Of a stretch of DNA of 64,000 nucleotides, positions 8,483 through 17,848 are shown piece by piece. Location of the stretch: NCBI GenBank assembly GCA_963765495.1, contig CAVXWP010000003.1, positions 32,001 to 96,000 on the forward strand, written 5' to 3'. A program made the translations under genes and the position numbers. Under the pieces are notes generated by a model. That model searched no databases, had not been told where the DNA came from, and saw only the letters and a program-made list of their open reading frames with translations. Origin of the DNA: Blastocatellia bacterium (GTDB taxonomy: Bacteria > Acidobacteriota > Blastocatellia > UBA7656). Positions within the stretch are counted from its first letter, which is position 1, and the number at the start of each line of letters is the position of its first letter.

Positions 8483-9792
8483 AACAGAAACGATTGAAAG
8501 CAGTTGCAGTGAGCACAGTGCTCTTATTAATGGCTGCGGTATCAGTGGCCGTGTTAAAGCCGCGAGCCAGGCAGGCAGAAAAACCGCCGGTGCCTGTGAA
8601 AGTCGCAGCGGTTGAGTTGAACGCAGCGGCCGGCAGCGGCGAGCGGTATTCGGCGACGATCATTCCACGCACTGAGGTGGAGTTGGCTTTTAAGGTGGGC
8701 GGCTATGTCGTCGCGCTTCAACAGGTGCGTGGCGTTGATGGAAAGATGCGCGACCTCCAGGAAGGAGATCGCATCAGCATAGGGGCGGTGCTGGCGGGGA
8801 TTCGCCAGAGCGATTATCAGGTCAAAGTCAAAGAAGCAGAATCTCAGGCCAGCGAGACCAAATCGGGTGTTGACGTCAGCAAAGCACAATACCAGGAAGC
8901 GCTCTCGGGCATCGCATCGAGCAAAGCCCAACTCAGTGAGGCTGAGGCGGCTTATGAAAAAGCAAGACTCGATTTTGACCGCGCGCAAAACCTGTTCGCC
9001 AGCCAGAGCATGACCAAGACCAATTACGACGCGGCAAAGGCACAGCTCGATATGACCACTGCCAAGGTCGAGGCCGCACGCTCACAGGTGCGGATGATCG
9101 AGGCCAAAGCCGAGTCCGCAAAATCCCAGATCGACGTCATCGAAGCGAAGGCAAGAGGCGCGCAGGCGGTCGTGCAGGAGACAACGATTCCCCTCCAGGA
9201 CACCGCGCTCAGGGCGCCGCTCAACGGGGTTGTGCTGAAAAAATCGGTCGAGAGAGGGACACTCGTCTCGCCCGGCACGACCGCGTTCGTCGTCGCCGAT
9301 ACGTCGTCGGTCAAAGCGGTCTTCGGCGTCGCCGATGTCGCCGTGCCGGAAATGAAACTGGGAAGGACGCTGGGCGTCGAGACCGAATCCATGCCCGGCG
9401 AGGAATTTCGCGGACAGATCACCTCTATCTTTCCGGCCGCCGACCCTCAAAGCCGAGTCTTCAACGTCGAGGTGACGATCCCGAATCCGGGCTATCTGCT
9501 GCGACCGAACATGATCGTCTCGCTCAAGGTGGGAACGGAGCAGGCACAGCCTGCGCAGCCGGTCGTGCCATTGAACGCGGTGATGAAAGCGAAGGGCAAC
9601 CCGGATGGCTATGTCGTTTTCGTGGTGATAGAGCAGGACGGGCGGCAGATCGCACGCCTTCGGGACGTGAAGCTGGGCGAATCATACGGCAACACCGTTG
9701 CTGTGATTGACGGAGTGCAGCAGGGCGATCGCGTGATCACAACAGGCAGCACCATGGTGCTGGATGGCGATCAAGTAAAGGTGATTCCATGA
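8479..9792 (+). CDS. RND efflux periplasmic adaptor (MFP)
   Basis: N-terminal TM, ELAFKVGG, long alpha hairpin, LRAPLNGVV and LRPNM. Overlaps the TolC stop. Confidence 0.92.
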   Translation: MKQKRLKAVAVSTVLLLMAAVSVAVLKPRARQAEKPPVPVKVAAVELNAAAGSGERYSATIIPRTEVELAFKVGGYVVALQQVRGVDGKMRDLQEGDRISIGAVLAGIRQSDYQVKVKEAESQASETKSGVDVSKAQYQEALSGIASSKAQLSEAEAAYEKARLDFDRAQNLFASQSMTKTNYDAAKAQLDMTTAKVEAARSQVRMIEAKAESAKSQIDVIEAKARGAQAVVQETTIPLQDTALRAPLNGVVLKKSVERGTLVSPGTTAFVVADTSSVKAVFGVADVAVPEMKLGRTLGVETESMPGEEFRGQITSIFPAADPQSRVFNVEVTIPNPGYLLRPNMIVSLKVGTEQAQPAQPVVPLNAVMKAKGNPDGYVVFVVIEQDGRQIARLRDVKLGESYGNTVAVIDGVQQGDRVITTGSTMVLDGDQVKVIP

Positions 9793-12700
9793 AGAAGAAA
9801 TTTCAAGTCCTATTGCTGAAAGTGCGCAGGGTTTTGCGCGGGCTGGTCAAGAAATCGCCGCAAAACGCGACCCAGGATCAGGCCCACGTGGCATACGCTC
9901 ACGGCAATCACGATATAGACCGAAGCAAGCGCAACATCTCTCGCTTTTTCGTCGAGCAGCGGCACATCACCTGGGTCATGCTGATCGCCGTCTGCGTCTG
10001 GGGTATTTACAGCTATAAGAGCATGCCCCAGCGCAAAGACCCGGACACACCGGTCAAAACCGCCGTCGCCATTACCCTCTGGCCCGGAGTGAGCGCGGAG
10101 AAGATCGAGCAACTGGTGACCAGGAAGATCGAAGAGAAGGTGGCGCAGAACGCCAACGTGGAGAAGATCCGCTCGATCTCGCGTACCAACATTTCGGTCG
10201 TTTACGTGGACCTGGATGAGAACTTCCCCGGCAGCCAGATCGCCAAGGAGTTCGACGACATCGCGCTCAAACTCGACTCCATCACCGACTTGCCGGAAGG
10301 CGCCGGACCCGTACAATTCATCAAGGACTTCGGCGATACGTCGGCCCTCATGCTCACCGTCGCGAGTCCGAAGGTGAGTGAGGCGGAGATCGACCTGCGC
10401 GCAAAGGAGGTCGGCGAGGCCATCGCACGTCACCGGGCGGAGTACGCGCCGGCCGGAGGCGGGACGCGCTTCACCATCGTCACCAGTCTTACCAATCCGG
10501 TCAACCCTCGGGTCGTCCAAGATCCGCTCAATACGTTCGCCGACTACCTCAAAGAGAAGGGTGTGGCGACCGACCTGCATGTCATCACGGAGCAGGGCTT
10601 CGTCGGCGTGGACGGCGTGTCCGACGCGAGCGACGAAGCCCTGCTCGACCACACCCGGCAGTTCATCACCGAGCGGTTGCAGGCCGCAGATTTTCACCCG
10701 GATAGCTGGCCGCCCGTTGTGATCCGCGACCCGCAGGAGACGCGCCAGAAGCTGAGCCTTGTCGCGGGCGACAAGTACAGCTACCGTCAGATGGATGATT
10801 TCACCGATCTCATCGAGAAGGGGATCAAAAGCGTCCCGCAAGCTACGAAGGTGTCGCGGTCGGGCATCCTGTCTGAGCGGATCTTTCTCCTTTATTCCCA
10901 GGAGCGCATCGCCTCGTACGGCCTGCGTCCCGGAGACCTGCCGAACATCCTGGGCGCGCGCAACATCACGCCGGCAGGCGGTCAACTGGAAGCCGTGGGC
11001 AAGAACTTTTCCATCGACCCTTCCGGCGAGTTCAAGAGTGAAAAGGAGATCGGCGACGTGGCAATCTCCCGCACCGAGCAGGGGGCACCCGTCTACCTGC
11101 GCGACGTGGTGGACGTCGAGCGCGGCTATGACAGCCCGCCGAGATACCTGAATTTCTACGACTGGCGCGACGCACACGGCAACTGGCAGCGCAGCCGCGC
11201 CATCACGGTCGCCGTCCAGATGCGCCCGGGCGGATACATCGGCGAGTTTGGTGAGAGCATCGATACGGCGCTGGCCGAGCTCAGGAAACAGTTGCCCGAC
11301 GACCTGATCATGGCGCGCACCTCCGACCAGCCGCGGCAGGTCACGGAGAACGTGGACCTGTTCATGAACAGCCTCTACGAGGCGATCGTCCTCGTGGTGA
11401 TCGTCTCCCTCGTCGGCTTCTGGGACTGGCGTTCGGCGCTGCTGATGGGATTGGCGATCCCGATCACGCTCTTCATCACCTTCGGGATGTCGCATATGCT
11501 GGGGATCGATCTCCAGCAGGTCTCCATCGCCACGCTGATCATTGCCCTCGGCCTGCTGGTAGATGTGCCGGTGGTCTCCGGCGACGCGATTAAGAACCAG
11601 CTGGGGGCGGGTCTGCCGCCGCTCACCGCCGCGTGGCTGGGGCCGACGAGACTGATCAAGGCGATCATCTTCGCCACCATCACCAACATCGTCGCCTACC
11701 TGCCGTTCCTGACCCTGCCCGGGAGCACGGGCGAATTCTTATACAGCCTGCCCATAGTGCTGACCTGCTCTCTGGTGGCGGCGCTGATGGTGGCGATGAC
11801 GTTCATCCCATTCCTCGGCTACTTCTTGCTGAAGCCCACGCTCCAACCGACCATCGAGGAACGGCGCAAAAAAGGGTTCCCGGCCTTTTATTACAGAGTG
11901 GGCGAATGGGCGATCAATCACCGTTGGAGGGTGCTGCTCGGCTCGTTCATTTTCCTGGCGGTTTGTGGGCTGGCGGCCAGCCGTCTCAAAACGGACTTTT
12001 TCCCGAAAGACCTTTCTTACCTTTCATACCTCGACGTGTGGCTGCCGGAAGACGCGCCGCTTTCGGCCACCAACGAGGCCGCGCGGCGTGCGGAGGAAGT
12101 GGTGCGCGAGGTGACCGAAGAATACGGCAGGGAGCACTCTGAAAAAGATGGCAAGCCGCGTGAAGTCTTGAAATCACTGACCACCTTCGTCGGGGGCGGC
12201 GGCCCGCGGTTCTGGTTCTCGGTCTCGCCCGAGATGCAGCAGCTAAACTACGCGCAGGTCATCATCGAGGTCAAAGACAAGCACGACACCAACCATCTGA
12301 TCGGCCCCTTGCAGAGGGCGCTGGACGAGCGGGTCCCAGGCGCGCGGGTCGACGTGCGGCAGCTCGACACGGGCAAGCCCATCACGATGCCCGTCGAAAT
12401 TCGCATCTCCGGCGGCGACATGGCCGCGCTGCGCCAGGAGGCGGAGAAGGTGAAGGACATCCTGCGCGCCACCCCGTACGCCCAGCGCGTTCGCGACGAC
12501 TGGGGGGAGGAGATCTTCACCGTCAAGCTCGAAACCGATTCCGACCGTGCGAACGTGGCGGGAATCACCAACCTCGACGTCGCCGCTTCCTCGGCGACGG
12601 GAATCAACGGCAGCAAGGTGACGGTGCTGCGCGAAGGCGATAAGCAGATCCCGATCGTGGCGCGACTGCGGATGGAAGAGCGAGCACAACTGGCCGACGT

Positions 12701-13523
12701 GCAGAACCTGTATGTCTATTCGCTGCAGGGGGCGCAGAAGGTGCCGCTCAGGCAAGTCTCGTCGGTCGAGTACGGGATGCAGACCGAGAAGGTGCGCCGG
12801 CGCAATCAATTTCGCACGATCACGGTTTCCTGTATGGCCGAACCCGGTCACCTGCCTTCTGAGATTGTGAACGCCGCCCGCTCGCAGTTGACGGCTTTCG
12901 CCGATCAACTCCCCTCCGGCTACCGCATGGATATCGGCGGGTCGGAAGAGGAGCAGGTCAAGGGTTTCAAAAATCAGACGGTCGTGCTGATAATCTCGCT
13001 GGTCGCGATCTATCTTAGCCTGGTCTACCAGTTCAGAAACGCCATCAAGCCGTTCGTCGTCTTCGCGGCGGTGCCTTACGGCATCGCGGGCGGGCTGGTG
13101 GCGCTCTGGGTCATGGACACGCCCTTCGGGTTCATGGCCTTCCTGGGAATAATCAGCCTGGTAGGGCTGATCGTCAGTCACATCATCGTGCTCTTCGACT
13201 TCATCGAAGAGAAGCACGCGGAAGGCGAGCCGCTGAAGGAGGCGGTGCTGGACGCCGGCATCATGCGCCTCAGGCCCGTGATGATCACGGTGCTCGCCCT
13301 TGTGATCGCGCTCGTCCCGCTGGCGATGCACGGCGGGCCGCTGTGGGAACCGATGTGTTACGCGCAGATGGGCGGGATGATGGTTGCGACCTTCATCACG
13401 CTGCTTTTGGTGCCGGTGATCTATTCAATCTTCGTGCTCGACCTGAAGCTGATCAAGTGGGACAAGCACGAGGAGAAGGCAACGGAAGAGAACAGCGAGA
13501 TGGAGCCCGCCGAGGCCGGTTAA
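9789..13523 (+). CDS. RND efflux permease (AcrB/AcrD/AcrF superfamily), unusually long
   Basis: WPGVSAEKIEQLVT, ALGLLVD and RLRPVMIT with two TM clusters. 1244 aa. Confidence 0.92.
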   Translation: MKKKFQVLLLKVRRVLRGLVKKSPQNATQDQAHVAYAHGNHDIDRSKRNISRFFVEQRHITWVMLIAVCVWGIYSYKSMPQRKDPDTPVKTAVAITLWPGVSAEKIEQLVTRKIEEKVAQNANVEKIRSISRTNISVVYVDLDENFPGSQIAKEFDDIALKLDSITDLPEGAGPVQFIKDFGDTSALMLTVASPKVSEAEIDLRAKEVGEAIARHRAEYAPAGGGTRFTIVTSLTNPVNPRVVQDPLNTFADYLKEKGVATDLHVITEQGFVGVDGVSDASDEALLDHTRQFITERLQAADFHPDSWPPVVIRDPQETRQKLSLVAGDKYSYRQMDDFTDLIEKGIKSVPQATKVSRSGILSERIFLLYSQERIASYGLRPGDLPNILGARNITPAGGQLEAVGKNFSIDPSGEFKSEKEIGDVAISRTEQGAPVYLRDVVDVERGYDSPPRYLNFYDWRDAHGNWQRSRAITVAVQMRPGGYIGEFGESIDTALAELRKQLPDDLIMARTSDQPRQVTENVDLFMNSLYEAIVLVVIVSLVGFWDWRSALLMGLAIPITLFITFGMSHMLGIDLQQVSIATLIIALGLLVDVPVVSGDAIKNQLGAGLPPLTAAWLGPTRLIKAIIFATITNIVAYLPFLTLPGSTGEFLYSLPIVLTCSLVAALMVAMTFIPFLGYFLLKPTLQPTIEERRKKGFPAFYYRVGEWAINHRWRVLLGSFIFLAVCGLAASRLKTDFFPKDLSYLSYLDVWLPEDAPLSATNEAARRAEEVVREVTEEYGREHSEKDGKPREVLKSLTTFVGGGGPRFWFSVSPEMQQLNYAQVIIEVKDKHDTNHLIGPLQRALDERVPGARVDVRQLDTGKPITMPVEIRISGGDMAALRQEAEKVKDILRATPYAQRVRDDWGEEIFTVKLETDSDRANVAGITNLDVAASSATGINGSKVTVLREGDKQIPIVARLRMEERAQLADVQNLYVYSLQGAQKVPLRQVSSVEYGMQTEKVRRRNQFRTITVSCMAEPGHLPSEIVNAARSQLTAFADQLPSGYRMDIGGSEEEQVKGFKNQTVVLIISLVAIYLSLVYQFRNAIKPFVVFAAVPYGIAGGLVALWVMDTPFGFMAFLGIISLVGLIVSHIIVLFDFIEEKHAEGEPLKEAVLDAGIMRLRPVMITVLALVIALVPLAMHGGPLWEPMCYAQMGGMMVATFITLLLVPVIYSIFVLDLKLIKWDKHEEKATEENSEMEPAEAG

Positions 13524-13563
13524 GCCGCATTGTTCTAAATGCCCGAATGGCGAAGGTGGCGAA

Positions 13564-15981
13564 ATGATGACCAACAGCATTGCGCACTACAAGACTCTGG
13601 AGAAGCTGGGCGCGGGCGGCATGGGCGAGGTCTATCTGGCCGAAGACACCCGGCTCGGGCGCAAGGTCGCGCTCAAGCTGTTGCCGGATTCGTATCGGTA
13701 CGACCCGGAGCGGCGCGAGCGGTTTCTCCAGGAAGCGCTCGCCGCCTCGGCGATGCGCTCGCCGAACGTGGCGACGATTTACGACTTTGGCGAAAGCGAC
13801 CGCACGATGTTCATCGCCATGGAGTATGTTGAAGGGGAGTTGCTGTCAAAGCGACTCGAAGGCGGCCCGCTAGATATCCACCTGGCCATCGACAGCGCAT
13901 CGCAAGTCTGCGAGGCGCTCGACGAAGCCCATTCGCTCGGCATCATCCATCGAGACATTAAAAGCTCGAACGTCATCGTTACCCCGAACGGTCTGGTTAA
14001 AGTTCTCGACTTCGGTCTCGCTAAAATCGTCCCGCCTCAGAATCCCCCTGTTGATGATACCACGGTGCGGCTGGGCCTGGAGACTGCCCCGGGGGTGATC
14101 CTGGGCACGCTCGCGTTCATGGCGCCTGAACAGGCTCGCGGCCTTGAAGTAGATGGCCGCAGCGACCTGTTCAGCCTCGGCGTGCTGCTTTACGAAATGC
14201 TCACCGGCAAGCGACCATTTGCCGGCGCGACGACGGGCGACCTGCTGGTATCAATCTTGAATAGAGAGCCTGAGCCGCTGGCGCGCATCTCGCCGGCAAT
14301 ACCGGCTGAGATGCAATGGATCGTCTCGAAGGCGTTGTGCAAGGATCGTACGCTTCGATACCAGACGGCGCGTGACTTCATCGCCGATCTGCGGGTCGTA
14401 GCGCAGAGCTTGAACACCAAATTCCTATCGCCGTTCGGCGGCTTCGACTTTACCGCCAGTCAATATGGACACCCGTCGGTGTGCGAGCCCATCACGCGGG
14501 ACTCCAGGCTGCGCCGGCGGGCGCGAAAACAGATCGATTCCATCGCCGTGTTGCCGCTGATCAATTCGACCGACGATCCTGACCTTGACTATTTGAGCGA
14601 CGGCATCACCGAAAGCTTGATCAACGCCCTCGCACGCATCCCGAAGTTGCGCGTCATGGCGCGCGCGACCGTCTTCCGCTACAAAGGCCGCGAGGTTGAC
14701 CCCCAGCGCGTCGGCTATGATCTTAATGTCCGAGCGGTGATGATCGGACGAATGCAACGTGTGCGAGATTACTTCACGATCAGCGCCGAACTCGTCGACG
14801 TCTCGGACGGATCGCTGCTCTGGGGCGAGCAATACGCGCGAATGCCGTCCGATATACTCTCTTTGCAGGATGAGATTTCAAGCGATATTGCCAAGCAGTT
14901 AAGACTCAAGCTGACGAGCAGCGATAGACGTCGTCTGGCCAAGCCTCATACCAGGAACGCAGAAGCCTACGAGCTCTATCTGAAGGGCCGCTATCACTGG
15001 GGCAAATGGACAGAGGCGGGGTTCCGCGAGGCGAAGGCGTGTTATGAAAAGGCGCTCGGCAGCGACCCTTGCTTTGCGCTTGCCTATTCGGGGCTAGGCG
15101 AAGTTTACTGCGCTCAATCCTACTTTAGCTCGGACCAAGCTCAGTCGCGGGCGGCGATCTTGAGGTCGCGAGCATGCGCGCAACGGGCGCTGGAGATTGA
15201 TGACGCGCTCGCTGAGGCGCATCTGCTGCTTGCGAACCTCGCACACCTTTACGACTGGCAGTGGGCCGCCGCCGAGCAGGAATTCAAAGTCGCGCTCGAA
15301 TTGAACCCGAACCTGGCCGGCGCACATCTGTCCTACGGTCTGTTTCTGATGGACGAGTGTCGCTTTGAAGTGGCGGCTGCGGAGATAGAGATGGGATTGA
15401 AACTTGACCCGCTGTCACTGCCGGCCAACACCAGCAAAGGAATCCTCTTATTCAACACCGGAAGGTGTGGCGAGGCGGTCAGCCAACTCAGGAAGTCGCT
15501 GTCGCTAGATCCCGTCTTTCCGCTCTCAGAACTCGATCCCACGTTTCAACTCTCGCACGAGATGCTCGGCGCGGCGCTGGAGCGAGCCGGGAAGCCTGAT
15601 GAGGCCGTTACGGAATACTTGCGGATGCTCCCTGAGTGGAGAGGAAGGGAAGAGATGTCTGCGGCGCTGCGGGCGGCCTACGCGGTATCAGGAATGAATG
15701 GATTCTGGCGGCGCTTTGCTGATTTTGCCGACGAGTTGTCTGAACGCAGGGTGGCGACACCTGTGTTCGTGGCGATGATTTATGCGGCATTGGGAGAACA
15801 GGATGCCGCGTTTGAATGGATCGAAAGAGCATTCAACGAGCGAGCCCCCGCGCTGACGCACCTCAAAGCCGACCCTCGCTTCGAGCCCCTACGCGCCGAT
15901 GCACGGTTCGCGGTGTGGCTACATCGCATAGGATTGATGAATGACTCGGGGTCAACAGACCGCCGCCCGGTTTCTGGTTAA
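13564..15981 (+). CDS. Hanks-type Ser/Thr kinase with TolB-like and TPR domains
   Basis: LGAGGMGEVY, VALK, HRDIKSSN, DFGLAK and MAPE. SIAVLP..DGITESLI domain followed by TPR repeats. Confidence 0.95.
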   Translation: MMTNSIAHYKTLEKLGAGGMGEVYLAEDTRLGRKVALKLLPDSYRYDPERRERFLQEALAASAMRSPNVATIYDFGESDRTMFIAMEYVEGELLSKRLEGGPLDIHLAIDSASQVCEALDEAHSLGIIHRDIKSSNVIVTPNGLVKVLDFGLAKIVPPQNPPVDDTTVRLGLETAPGVILGTLAFMAPEQARGLEVDGRSDLFSLGVLLYEMLTGKRPFAGATTGDLLVSILNREPEPLARISPAIPAEMQWIVSKALCKDRTLRYQTARDFIADLRVVAQSLNTKFLSPFGGFDFTASQYGHPSVCEPITRDSRLRRRARKQIDSIAVLPLINSTDDPDLDYLSDGITESLINALARIPKLRVMARATVFRYKGREVDPQRVGYDLNVRAVMIGRMQRVRDYFTISAELVDVSDGSLLWGEQYARMPSDILSLQDEISSDIAKQLRLKLTSSDRRRLAKPHTRNAEAYELYLKGRYHWGKWTEAGFREAKACYEKALGSDPCFALAYSGLGEVYCAQSYFSSDQAQSRAAILRSRACAQRALEIDDALAEAHLLLANLAHLYDWQWAAAEQEFKVALELNPNLAGAHLSYGLFLMDECRFEVAAAEIEMGLKLDPLSLPANTSKGILLFNTGRCGEAVSQLRKSLSLDPVFPLSELDPTFQLSHEMLGAALERAGKPDEAVTEYLRMLPEWRGREEMSAALRAAYAVSGMNGFWRRFADFADELSERRVATPVFVAMIYAALGEQDAAFEWIERAFNERAPALTHLKADPRFEPLRADARFAVWLHRIGLMNDSGSTDRRPVSG

Positions 15982-16173
15982 GTGTGTAGTTGTGAGGCTG
16001 ACTTCAATTAGCCCTGATCGGCGGGAGTCGAATCAGTACTGAAAGAAGGAGACGAGGATGTCTTGGGAGAAAAAACAGAGGCCGTAACACCTGACTAATG
16101 GCTTGAAGACCGATGCGGGTTTGTTCCGCGATGTAACGTGGTGTGTCAGGGAAAACATCAGGAGGTTCCGATC

Positions 16174-17610
16174 ATGGATAAGAACGCTGCCGCAAGTCCA
16201 GCGAGCGCCGCGCAAACAATCTCTCTATTGCTGGAGATGAGCGGGCTCGACACCCTCTACAGAGACCTTTATTTTCAACGTGCTCACGAGTTGATCGAGC
16301 CCATGCTCACGCATTCGTCCTACGCGCGAATGAAACAGGGCCTCGCTTCGATCGCTCTGGTCGAGAAACAACTGCGCGCCTCTATAGAGCGCGGAGACTG
16401 GGCAAGGGCCCGCGAGTTGACAGAGAGGATTCGCGGGATACAAGCATCCGCCGCGAGCGGCGAATGGATGAAGTACGGGCAAGCCCTTTACGACGGGGCC
16501 GCCGACATCCCTATCGATCCGTTCTCGCCCGGCCTCCACGTCTTCACGGGTGGCTCTGCCCACAGGCTACAGGAGTGGCAGGACCGCGCGATTGACATCC
16601 TCTCGAAGCTCAAGCGGGCTGATACTTCAAAGAAGGATTTCTACGCGCGCCGGGAGAGCGGTTTTGAAGCTCTCTCGATAGCGGCCCCCTCCGACCAGCC
16701 GGAGGAGAAGAATGCGTCGGCAAATCCGGCCCATCTCCAACGCGAAGCCCTCGAAGCGCTCGAAGCAGGCAACCTCTCCGAGCTCGACCATGTGGTTATG
16801 AAGCTTATGGAGAAACCTGCCGAACAGGAGGCAAAGCAGGAATCTACCGAAGAGAAGTTTGTTCAGACGGCGGAGATGGGCGATGACCTGCTCTATTCAT
16901 TCTCGGAAGAGACGCTTGCCGGGGCCAGTCGGCTCGGCCTTGCGCCTGTGCGGACCGAATCGCGCCGCCACCTGGCTTATCTCATCCCGCTCGGCTGGCA
17001 GCCGTCGTTCCTCAGGGACGAGGTAAAGCTGAGGTCGAAAGAACAGGTCGCTCGGCTTACTTATCCGTCGGGCACCGCAGACCAGATGAAGAATGGCTTA
17101 GAGTTCTTTCTGCTCAACCCCTTCATCACCTCTGGCGGGACGCGCTACATGGGCAGCTTCGTTTTAGAAGATCTGCTGATAGAGGATTTCCCGGAGCCTG
17201 AGCCGAAACAGCAGATGCCCCGCACCGAGTTGCTCTCCGCGCTCGGGCTTGAGAGCCGATGGGGGCTCACGCGGATAGACATCGAGAATGCGCTGCTCGA
17301 GCATGGCTCGCGAATCCTTGAGGAAGAACTCTCACTCGACCCGGAAGCATTTCGGCTGGTAGCGATACCGCCGGACATTTACCCGCATCTTGCAGCAGGG
17401 CGAGGATGGGGGCAGAAGCAGATGTGGACTCACTTCGACGGGTACCGGGTGCGCGAAGACGGGAAGTTGCAGGCGCTAGCGGGAGGAGACCAGCGATGGG
17501 GCGGGGCTTACGACGTGGTGTGCTTCAGCCCTGCATACACGCAGGAGAGGATCCTTGCGCGCTTCGCGGTCGTGCAGAGAAGTCGGATGAAGACCTGGCA
17601 TCGAAAGTGA
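16174..17610 (+). CDS. Hypothetical protein (478 aa)
   Basis: Long ORF with AGGAGG RBS before ATG 16174. No family recognised. Confidence 0.8.
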   Translation: MDKNAAASPASAAQTISLLLEMSGLDTLYRDLYFQRAHELIEPMLTHSSYARMKQGLASIALVEKQLRASIERGDWARARELTERIRGIQASAASGEWMKYGQALYDGAADIPIDPFSPGLHVFTGGSAHRLQEWQDRAIDILSKLKRADTSKKDFYARRESGFEALSIAAPSDQPEEKNASANPAHLQREALEALEAGNLSELDHVVMKLMEKPAEQEAKQESTEEKFVQTAEMGDDLLYSFSEETLAGASRLGLAPVRTESRRHLAYLIPLGWQPSFLRDEVKLRSKEQVARLTYPSGTADQMKNGLEFFLLNPFITSGGTRYMGSFVLEDLLIEDFPEPEPKQQMPRTELLSALGLESRWGLTRIDIENALLEHGSRILEEELSLDPEAFRLVAIPPDIYPHLAAGRGWGQKQMWTHFDGYRVREDGKLQALAGGDQRWGGAYDVVCFSPAYTQERILARFAVVQRSRMKTWHRK

Positions 17611-17693
17611 GCCGCCGTATGGAGAGAAAGATAGGACCCGTGAGGTGGCGATGTAGGCATGGCTACCGCAAGCCGGACGAAGCGGCAGGGAGA

Positions 17694-17742
17694 ATAAGAA
17701 CGCCAGGCCGCAGCAAACGCACTCGATCTGGCCGAAGGCAGA
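17694..17742 (+). repeat. Imperfect direct repeat, copy 1 (partner at 25924-25972)
   Basis: ATAAGAAC-N5-GCCGCAGCAAAcGCACTCGATcTGGCcGAAGgCAGA, 41/49 identical by manual count. Confidence 0.85.
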
Positions 17743-17848
17743 TGAGGCTGCTGTTGCTTACCGAGGACGGCATCGACCTGAGGACAAAACTGACGCGGTT
17801 GGTTTTCCGCCAATAAGGAAATTACCCCGCAAAAGGAGTATCACAATC

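Noticed and set aside
9810-13331. Long minus-strand ORFs (561 aa, 362 aa) opposite the RND gene
   Set aside because: These are antisense shadows of a GC-rich gene with no recognisable motifs.
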